NCBI GenBank assembly: GCA_011109175.1
Contig: RDEW01000028.1
Coordinates: 214,450-269,795 of the forward strand
Direction: 5' to 3'
Origin: Dicyema japonicum
Lineage: Eukaryota; Animalia; Dicyemida
Length of the DNA stretch: 55,346 nucleotides
Positions 46,250 through 55,346 of this stretch are shown in pieces. Numbering within the stretch: the stretch's first letter is position 1; each line of letters opens with the position of its first letter. The notes under the pieces are model-generated. The model saw nothing but the letters and a program-made list of their open reading frames with translations. It was not told where the DNA came from and made no database searches. The translations under genes were made by a program, and so were the position numbers.

Positions 46250-47050
46250 ACCAAATACTTAAATGCAAAGAATTGGATGTGTATTACAGGCCCTCTGTTG
46301 TGTCTACGAAAAAGTAAACTCTACAAGCTTCAACCCTTCGTAAATTTCAGCTACTCCAAAGAGATTCTATCCAAATTTTCTCAGAAGGAGCAACTTTGGC
46401 CAAAAACGTAGTTAATTTATTGACTTCCGCTAAACTTCCCATTGTTGTGATTTTATTACTGTAGGAATCCATTTCATTCCTTGAGAACTGTTCAATGTAT
46501 TTTAAAGCACAGAAACACTACTTCAAGTCATTTCCGGATGAGACCAAATGCCACTATGGTCTCAGAGTCGCCAGATTAATGATAAAAAGTTTACTAAAAT
46601 CAGAATGTTATTAAACTAAGCAGCCAAACAAAGTTTTTGGATGGGAATATATACAAAGAATGTCTTACTAAGTCAAAGAAGAAGAATGACTTTATCTATC
46701 AAACCGTTGAGCCTCCAGAAGGTGACATATCCCCAGTCCCCACCGCTAATATCGTTAAATTCCCTTCACGAAAATTTCCTAGGTTTTGTCATGGTTAAGC
46801 TTATTTGACCTTTTTTACGACATTAGCTCACCAGCCTTACTGCAGTCGATTGAATCCTTCAAGAGTTTGTGTTGACAGCTTTGTCCTTCCTTCGTTAAAA
46901 GAATGAGCGAAAAATCCGTAGATTATTTGATCTTATTGACAGGACATTGAAAAAAGTTTTATTCCTGCCATTTTTGAGACAAACTAGAATCAGATCCCAG
47001 ACTCTATGCTAAAAATAGCTGAACAATTCCGGTCTGCTGGATCGACTCCC
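46250..47050 (+). pseudogene. BRO1-domain (ALIX/PDCD6IP-like) fragment, disrupted
   Basis: YFKAQKHY..YGLRVARL, KECLTKSKKKNDFIYQTV and DLFYDISSPALLQSI; stops present; AT-AG intron-like segment at 46582-46603. Confidence 0.6.
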
Positions 47051-47299
47051 TTTTAATTTTTTTTGTTAATAAAATTGTTAAAGTTAAATGTTAAAACAAT
47101 TTGGTCTAATTATGTTTGTTTCTATATTTGTGTCAGTTCTGGAGTTTTTTAATTGCTGAAATTCTTAACTATTAGATGATTCTTTTTCATGGCAGTTAGA
47201 TGATTCTTATTCAAGATTGTTAAATTGACGCATTTTTTACCTTAAATATATGAGCTAATAACCATATCCAGTAAATTGTGGAATAGTTTTTCTTATTCA

Positions 47300-47530
47300 A
47301 TATTGACGGCAGAGAAGTAGGTGTAATAATCTGACCACTTCATTATGGCGCCTGAGATATGGACAACCAAATCAATATCAAGATTTCTACTCAATGGTGT
47401 CCCACAAGGTTCCCTTTTATAACCCGCCTTATTTAATTTATGCATGTCCGATTTACCACAACCCGATAATAAAGACGATTTCCTCCTATCTTATGCTGAT
47501 GACCTATTATCAGATCCCGCGATCAAGATA
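47300..47530 (+). mobile_element. LINE-A RT fragment
   Basis: NGVPQGSLL and LLSYADDLL. Confidence 0.8.
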
Positions 47531-47799
47531 TCCCAAAGATCAAAAAACACGTTAGATTTGCGTCCAAATACATGATAGACTTGACTTCCTTTGAGTTTGA
47601 GCCAATATCTCTACTTCCCCTCCACCCAACTTTAGATACACCTTCATCCTTAATCATTTTTTCTTTGATTTAAAAAATGTAACTGTATATTATCTGAAAT
47701 ATATTGTTAAAGAAACGTGAGCTACCTTCACAAGATTAAAATTTGGATAAATTATAACCGGCTTGACATATTAACTGAAAATCTTCTTCGACATTATTT

Positions 47800-49535
47800 T
47801 CTTCAGACAAACGAGTTGGACAAGTCGTTGTCGGTTGGCGCATGTCTTCGCTGCCTCCAGAGTGCTCATATATGCAATTGAGTCCAACTCTTCTAGCAAG
47901 CAAAGTTCGACGGTAATTCCAAGTTTAACTCTCCACACAACTTACTAACTCTATCAAGATCCGAGTCAAAGGTATATCCGTTTCGTAACTTAGGACTACT
48001 TGGGCCACGCGATGCTCTCGCAAGGAATGAAAAGTAGGCCATAGAGGGTCTCCATGTTGAACGCCTGAGGGTGAATAAACGATATCGTTTCCGTAAACTA
48101 AGGCTGAGTCCGTCCCATACGAAGTGTACTAGTCGGCCAATCACTGGAGCTCAATTCCAAAGGTTTCCAAAATAAAGTCTCCCTAAGAGAGTTGAAAGCA
48201 TTTGATAAATCAAGATTCAGGTTTTGCCTTTGTGTCTGGGAATTATTATTGTTGAAGTAACTCCTCACTCCTCACGGCGTGGATCACTCCACCCCAAGTT
48301 GAGTCAAGAAGAGCTTTTCTGCAATATTGTGGGACACTCTCCGAGCAGCGATTTTAGCAGCAAGCCTACGAAAGTATGTACTGATCGCACTTGGGCGGAC
48401 ACCTCTAACTCCTTTTCGGAATGCTAATAATGTCCACAAAAATAATATCTCAAGCAAATTTTAAAGTATCACCATTAACTATTCGAGTGAGCAGCAAGGT
48501 GATAGACGTTGACAAGGCACGGCCAGCTTCAGCAGTAGCTTCGGATGTTAAGTCCTTTACATGGCTTGGCCGCAGTTCGTTCAGACTTCCGCAGCTACTA
48601 AGAGCAAAAGACTTTATTCCACGCTCTACTTCAAATTCCGTAAAGTAAATGCCGGAGGTCTTCTGGCATTGTCAAGTTCCGCTGGTTCGGTTGGGGAGCA
48701 GGTGTTTTCTTCTCAGTAACTCCAAGACTTCACTTTACGGCTTCAATAGTGAATCGTCAGAAGACACTACTCAAACAGCTGCACGAACGTCCCCTTCCAT
48801 CAGTTATCGGTTTACTCACTCTAGAAATGTTTTAGAATCTTCCTGTTTACTCCCAGCTTCTGTAGACAACTGTTTACGCCGAAGTTCTTGATCAGGCTCG
48901 ATACCTGAGTCTTGCTGCGTTGAAGTGCCCAAAAAGGCAGAAGTATTCTTCTTGGTTTAGAGGCCAGTGATCCGTTGCGAGCTTGCTCTGGGACAGAAAT
49001 TCCTGGGGCATAGGTGCAAAGCTAAGTAGACGTATCCAATAGGCCTGGTCCCTGGGATTGATGGCTTTATAAATTAACGACGTGAGGCATTCAGCAGCGG
49101 GAATTTGAGGGCCTTTGGTATTCTTAGTGGAATCCGTCTACCTTTCCAACTCGTAACAAAAAGGGTTCGATTTGTCCAGAATAAGAGGGATGACCGAATT
49201 TAGCCGGATAACGGCACGAGCGTGGTCGGCATACATACAGTATGTGCAGTCCCACTTGTAAAGTTATCTCGCAGCCAATTTCGACAATCGGACACACCCG
49301 AGGTGCTAAATCTCCAGCAAGATGTGCAATTCAACCCGTACTTCTGCGTTACAATAACCACAAGACACGCACTGCTCTTTCGATCTCGCAGGTAAAAGTA
49401 GTATTTCTTCGAATGTAACGTGATCCATAGATGGACAGTGAACAGAGTCAGACTTGGCCTGATTAGTTTTATGCATGTTCTTATCTGATTTTCCTTTCTT
49501 TTTCTTATTCGTCCCACACAACAATAATGCACCAC
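47800..49535 (-). mobile_element. CRE-like RLE retrotransposon with frameshifted N-terminal PHD finger
   Basis: CVSC..KYGLNCTSC..HLGC..WDCTYC; RIPLRIPK, YWIRLLSFAP, EGDVRAAV and LDLSNAFNSL. Confidence 0.85.
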
Positions 49536-50049
49536 AGCGATAAAAAATAGGTTTAATTAAAATAATTTTTATAATAATGTTTAAGTTAAAATGTTATCGA
49601 CTCGTTGACGTCGATTAAAAAATAATATTTTAAATAATAAACTTGCTTTTCTGTAGTAATTTTATAAGTTTTTATTTTTAAAAGACCACACATTATATAA
49701 AGTTTCTCGTTTATAATCTATGACCAATTATTTCGAACAAAGTCAATGTCCCGACTTACGTTTATGAAGTGAGTCAATCCTGAGTTCTTCATCCATGGAG
49801 ATCTTCCACGTTGACGAATTTCACAATAAAAATGGATTAACAAAGGCGTTGTATATCCTTAGTAGAAATGATATAGTCACTTACCGTCGATTAGTTTTTT
49901 TAATAGTCTTTGATCTNCACTCTTAAATTTGTCATTTTTATCGATTTTTTCTATTTTCCAATGATATTTGCCAACTCTGAAATTTGGCAACATTTAAAAA
50001 ATTATTTATTTTTTAAATATTATTAAAAATTTAAATAATTTAAAGCAAG

Positions 50050-50576
50050 CATAGGTCCAAAGGACTGGAATAACTCGATTTTGACAGTAATCTGCTCCGA
50101 AGTCTTGTCGGTGCCAAGAAACTCTGAGGTTCGTTGAGTTGTATCCATAAAAGGAATATCATTCTTTATAATAGTAAGTAGTCCTCCTTCGCGTTTTCCA
50201 CTGACGATCTTTACAGATCACTGTGTATCCGGGAAAAAAAGGGTGTTGGTATTGAGGTAGATAGCTTGGACTCCTGTATTAATGCGATGTCAGCCTCATT
50301 TTCGTGGAGGAGTGCCCGGAGTTCAAAGATTTTCTTTCTGATCCCATTCGTATTCAGTTGTATAATTGTAAAACCTCTCCATGGACTAGGATTGGTTTCG
50401 ACGTCTCCACATAGAAGAATCAAAAGTCTGGACAAATAGGGATACCAGACAGGGTCGAAGATACAGGAGATGAAAGGACCACTGGACGGTGAGGAAAAGC
50501 TGTTGGCTATTTTCGTTCCTTTTTGGAATGGATGACACCATTTCTGGTGTGCCACATGACACCACGCTAACAACAT
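50050..50576 (-). mobile_element. LINE-A 5' end: leader, 2A-like motif and start of the APE domain
   Basis: LLILLCGDVETNPSP then IIQLNTNGIR..DIALIQESKL..GKREGGLLTIIK. Confidence 0.9.
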
Positions 50577-50751
50577 TTATTCCTCGAACCTTTTATAATT
50601 ATAATTTTAGACTTTTTTGATTAATGAATTAATGAAAATTAGATTATTATAATTATAAAAATAATATAAATATCATTTTTTTAATTATTAAAACTAAATT
50701 CATCATTATAACAAGTGACCTAAATTATACACATCGACGTGATCACTTTAC

Positions 50752-51910
50752 ATGTTTATGTTATTGTTAATGATTTTGTTCTTAATCACGAAGTTCGACT
50801 TTAAACATGTAATGTCAGTAAATTTTAAAAGTTTATTGAAAAGTACAGTTACAAATGTAATTTATAAATAATAATGGTAGACAAACGATAATTCAATTGA
50901 ACAGATTTTTTCTTTTTTGGATGATGGAATATCGTCTACAATCAAAAAGAATAACTTGATCTACCAATTTTTTATTGAATTCTCAGACGAATTTTACAAC
51001 ATCTCAATAAAAATAAAATTAAATTCTAGTATTTAATAGTAAACACATAAAGATAATCGAATCTATACAAATACAACAAATGTTCAGAATATTAAACAAG
51101 GAAATTATTACAGATGCGGATTTATATCAGTAAATTTTGAGAATGGTGATACTCTCACATTATATTCTTTGGTGATAGAATTTTACACTAATCAATCATA
51201 TTCAGCTTTAATTGGAAAAGGTTTTATATAATTTAATTCAGCACATGATTGTGATCCATCTAACAATCCAAAAGTTCGAAATTGGTAATTTATTCCGGAA
51301 AATCGTCTGAAAGCTATATTAAGTGGGCATTTCAAAATCATATTTTTTTATAAAAGTACTGTTAAAATAGTAAATTGTATATTTTAATATTAGATTAATG
51401 ATTTAATAATTTTATTCGATCATGTGGAAACGAAGATTAATTTTGATAACAATAGTGTTGAGTTAACTCTTGAAGGGGGAATTTTTGAAATACTTCTTAC
51501 ATTTATTTTGTCTCAAGACAAATATTATATGTCTAAAATACAGTTAATCGTCAATCAAATCTATAATGGGTCTTGGAGTCTTAAAACGACCAAATTGATT
51601 GATGTTGAAAATTCATGTTACTTTGAATTGTCTCTCACTAAATTTTCTGATGAAATATTTGCTGAGTTTTCACAATTTAAGGCACAAATTCTTCGGGATG
51701 ACTATAATTTCCATTTTACTGGAAAAGGTTTGATTTTTCATGAATTTTAGAGTTGAAATGTTTTGAAAAAATAACTCCTGGAAAAAATACAATTTCTAAT
51801 CATTCAAAAATGTATATAATTGTAGGATCTACACTCACCGTTTTAACATTTACAATCATCGGAGTCATCGCATTTGTTATTAAGCGCCGAAATGTGATAA
51901 GACAAATGGT
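50752..51910 (+). CDS. Orphan single-pass (type I) membrane protein; multi-exon model
   Basis: Signal peptide MFMLLLMILFLIT; about 7 candidate introns of 21-29 nt; TM segment YIIVGSTLTVLTFTIIGVIAFVI followed by KRR. One T-homopolymer near 51345 breaks the frame. Confidence 0.5.
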
Positions 51911-52665
51911 ATATGTTCCTATTCTTTAACTGTTGTAATTTTCTGTTGTTTCTTTTTTTAAATACTCCCAAGCACGTTACATAATAATTTCGTTAATTAT
52001 CCTCTTCCAATTAGCTCTTTTCTTTTTTCTCACTTAATCAATTTCAACTTCTGCAATTTCAACTCTTTCGATATCGTGATTTGGGATACTTGCAGACAAG
52101 ATCACAGTTTTTTTCTCTGGAAAATCTGATTCGTAATGTGGCTTTGCATACACCGTTTTGTATTCAAAATTATAGGATTCCAATTGAATGCTTAGGAGGC
52201 ATCGCTAGTATTCGAGATCTTTAAAAAATCAAATACAACAGCCTCTGACCAGATTTAATCAGTAGACCGTCGTCGTCAAGACTAGTGGAGTCATAGGACT
52301 TTAGAAGATTTTTTTTTAAGATCGCTTAGGTCAATGATGTCAACAACAACAACGATTTATTAACAAAAGAGTTAAGGAGTTTTCTGGAGGGTATTACATC
52401 TGAGTCCTACCATAAGGCTTGACTCAACACTTGGACCATTATTCCTTTTTTATTAATTTTTTCAGGACGTTTTTCCCAGCTTTATATACGTGTCCTGGAT
52501 CTTTGATCTTCTCCTGAATCCATTGATCTAATCCTCCACAATCCTGCTAATCGGTTCTAAGAGCTAGTTTTCGTCTTCGCTTAGACAGTCTTTCAATTTC
52601 TTGTTTAAGGAGAGCTTAATTGCAGCACTCCTAGTCTTCTCTAGGAGGGATAAAATCTTCTCCAT

Positions 52666-52745
52666 ATTTGATCTCATTAATCAGAAAAAAAAATATTTGA
52701 TCTCATTAATCAGAAAAAAATATTTGATCTCATTCATCAGAAACC
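52666..52745. repeat. Three-copy ~27-30 nt tandem repeat
   Basis: tttgatctcattaatcagaaa units. Confidence 0.85.
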
Positions 52746-52897
52746 CGAATATCAGTGATTTAACGCTTACAATACCTCAGCCATCCATAGTGATGGATCC
52801 GACAAATCCCAACTAACTTCTTTCCCTTGCATACTCCCTCATTTCACTCAACACTACTAATTACACTCTAAGGCACCCTCAACTGTTTCCTAAGAAC

Positions 52898-53869
52898 TAG
52901 GGCGATTTTTGTAAATAAAGTACAAAATTCATATGTTCTTTAAAATTGTTTAAAACTTATAAAAATGTGATTTTTAATAAAAATATTACATAAATCAAAA
53001 ATTTAAAGTCAAAAAAGTCAATATTTTGAGTCATGTTAAGAAAAATCAAAATTTAATTTTTTAGGACAATAAAGTCAGAAATTTTATTGATTTTTATTGA
53101 TTTGTTAATTTTTAGAGTTTTTGAATAAAATAGTAACGTGTCATCAACTGTTATGCCGAATTCAAATCAGAAGGTCATAAAGGTTAAGACTGTTATTAGA
53201 AAATATCCTGGTGAATTTTCTATCAACTCACGAATTTTCTAGCAACAGCTTTTTATAGAATCTTTTGTCTAATTTAACTGTATTTGCATGGGGAAGGTGG
53301 CTGCAAATACAGTCAGCCGCCCAGTACGAGCTTGTGTGGCACGAGGGAGGAGCACCGGAAAGAATGAGGATTTTGGTAAAACGCATTGTGATCACGTGAT
53401 AGCTAGTTTGGTTTTACGTGGTCTTGGGTGTTAAATAAATAAAAAAACTAACAGGTCTATCATTTTTATTAGTATTTCACAGGTGCTACTGTAAAAATAT
53501 TCGATTTTCTCATTCCATCTACCGACTCTAGGATCAATGAGTTCACTAATGCTTAGTCGAATATGATTTTCCTTGCATAAGTGAACAGTAAAGTTTACAA
53601 AGCTTGTTTGAAGGTATTGGACATCGTTTTACTTCTTTCTATGCGAAAGTGTAAAAAATTTATGCCAGAGGTAACTTGACCGAAGCTATTTATGAGTATT
53701 TTACATGCATTTATTATAGAGTTGGAAAAATTGGTTTGATCTACGAAATCGACATAAAAATACGTGAATAAATTTTTTCCATAAAAATAGAAAGTTTATT
53801 GAAATTGGCTAAACTTTTAAAGTCAAAAATGTCAAAATTTCGGATTTATAAAGTCAGAAAATCGCCCTA
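52898..53869. mobile_element. Non-autonomous hAT element (972 bp)
   Basis: 12-bp TIR TAGGGCGATTTT / AAAATCGCCCTA; degenerate 8-bp TSD ctaagaac / ataataac; AAAGTCA subterminal repeats. Confidence 0.8.
53300..53447 (+). mobile_element. LINE-A 3' terminal fragment nested in the hAT element
   Basis: GTGATCAC...GTGGTCTT hairpin and (TAAA)n tail; homologous to 27295-27375. Confidence 0.7.
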
Positions 53870-53977
53870 ATAATAACCATAAACAGGCACGTGCACCTAG
53901 CAACTACCTAATCTGCCATAATATTCACAAAACTTTAATAAATGATATTTAAGTCCTAACCAATCCATTATTCTTCA

Positions 53978-54805
53978 TTACAATGTATTTGTGGCGTCGG
54001 GGGTTGTATCTGCTCCCCTTTTCGAAAAGTTCAGATAAAATTTTCTATTTTTCAGCCTTGGGAGGTACCTGGTTGTACAACTTTCTCTGAAGACGATTTT
54101 TTGAGTAGTACTCCTCTCTTTGCTGATCCTCCTTCTTCTTTATCACTTCGGGTAGTCTTTTATAGATCTTTTCGTTTTGAGCACGGATCTCAGTCATTGA
54201 CATCTTCTTCCGTTTCCCGGGATTCAAGGGACAGGTCACTAAGTATTAGAAAGGTAGGGTACCGTTCGATATTTATCACTGCTCTTTCTGTGGTTCACCT
54301 GATTTGAGTCACTTTGGCGGAGCTTTATTGTCTCCCTCAACATTTTCTGCCTCCCACGTGAGTTTTTGACGAAGGAGGACCTGTGAACCTCGAAGGCTTC
54401 TTGTAGGGACATCTGAGGACTCGATTCATCCCACAGAGGAATGTCCCAGGCTAAGGGACTTCTTTGAACGTTGGATTCGATCGTAAGCTGGGACGAGTAG
54501 TGGGAGTGAGGCTGAGTGGAAAATGAGTCAGACTCAGTTATTTGGGATAACAAGTGATTCTCGAACTCTTTGAATACCGAGATGACCCCCAGCCCCTTTT
54601 TTACGAGATCTGGTCTCCTCTTGTTGGCAGAAACCCAAAGTTTCCACAGTCTGCTAGTTATTGGAGGCATTTTGGTTTCGGTCTCCGACATTTCCTCGTC
54701 CATCGGCATTTGTCCACAGTCGGATGGTTCCGAATCCACGTCTGAACAGACCGATTCCTTTTCCGTGACTTCCCCGTTAACCTTGGCATCCTTGAAGTAC
54801 ACCAC
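53978..54805 (-). CDS. ALMS-motif protein (ALMS1/C10orf90/CEP295-type C-terminus); gene probably extends to the window end
   Basis: SLQEAFEVHRSSFVKNSRGRQ..EIRAQNEKIYKRLPEVIKKKE..NRLQRKLYNQ|KILSEL; short introns; upstream exons unresolved. Confidence 0.72.
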
Positions 54806-55346
54806 GGTCCCTAACTTGCGGAATTATGGCCAAACCTGTTGTGTTGGTTGTCTCGTCGGTTCTGAAACACGTTAAACCAAGGATACCTGTTAGTTAAGCG
54901 AGATTACTGGGATTCGTTCCGTCTAGGGATCTGGAGCAGTTCCTCACAAGTGTTTATGAATGATTCCGCTCGCACGTGGGTCATCCTCTTGCATATAGTT
55001 GGAGTCTATATTTAGAAACTTGGCGAACCACGGGTAGCTCAAAATTGAGGAAGTCTTCCTGAAGCATTAGTCTGGCCTTTGAATGGCGCCGTTGAAAAGA
55101 TCAGTCGGTTCTTGGGAGGTTTCCGTGATTTCGAGCAAAACGTCGTCGATATTGTAGGTCCTCGGGTCAAAAATGTGTTTGAGTTCGTCCTCAGAACTGA
55201 TGTCTTTGTTTATGTAGTTATTTCTCGCCTAAGGATCAAACAAGCTGCTAATTTCATCCAATGTGCTCAATTCCGTCGTGGAATTCTCTGACATTGCGTC
55301 GTTCTTAGAGCAGTTTGACCAAATGGAAGTAGAGTCTGATGTGGGC

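Noticed and set aside
8760-47050. Stop-codon reassignment explaining the in-frame stops
   Set aside because: The stops are a mix of TAA, TAG and TGA at unrelated residues, accompanied by frameshifts, and intact genes end in a standard TAA
50480-50576. HDV-like ribozyme at the LINE-A 5' end
   Set aside because: A P4-like hairpin plus CGAA is present, but I could not assemble P1, P3 and P1.1 in the required order; kept only as a weak lead

Overview
Eukaryotic (animal-like) AT-rich scaffold with three N gaps. By a rough manual tally about 60% is decayed transposable elements: an Ingi/Vingi-like APE-RT LINE family (about 14 fragments, called LINE-A here), RTE LINEs, CRE-like and R4/Dong-like RLE retrotransposons, a tRNA-derived SINE, hAT, Tigger/pogo and a Ginger-like integrase. 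Between them lie compact host genes whose introns are nearly all only about 21-29 nt, which is why the ORF track misses or fragments them: DYDC-like, RPL37A, ADO (intronless), TTI1, a CAP-Gly protein, an ALMS-motif protein and an orphan type I membrane protein. There are also disrupted WDR24-, ALIX- and pecanex-like fragments. Micro-introns plus ciliary/centriolar genes suggest a dicyemid mesozoan or a similar reduced parasite; this is inference only. Best leads: a PHD finger at the N-terminus of a CRE-like RLE retrotransposon; a 2A-like (StopGo) motif ahead of the LINE-A endonuclease; a conserved wobble-tolerant 3' hairpin overlapping the LINE-A stop codon; and an R4-like element resembling microsporidian elements. 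Many local tandem duplications are probably assembly artefacts. All translations and splice models were done by eye, and TE boundaries are approximate.
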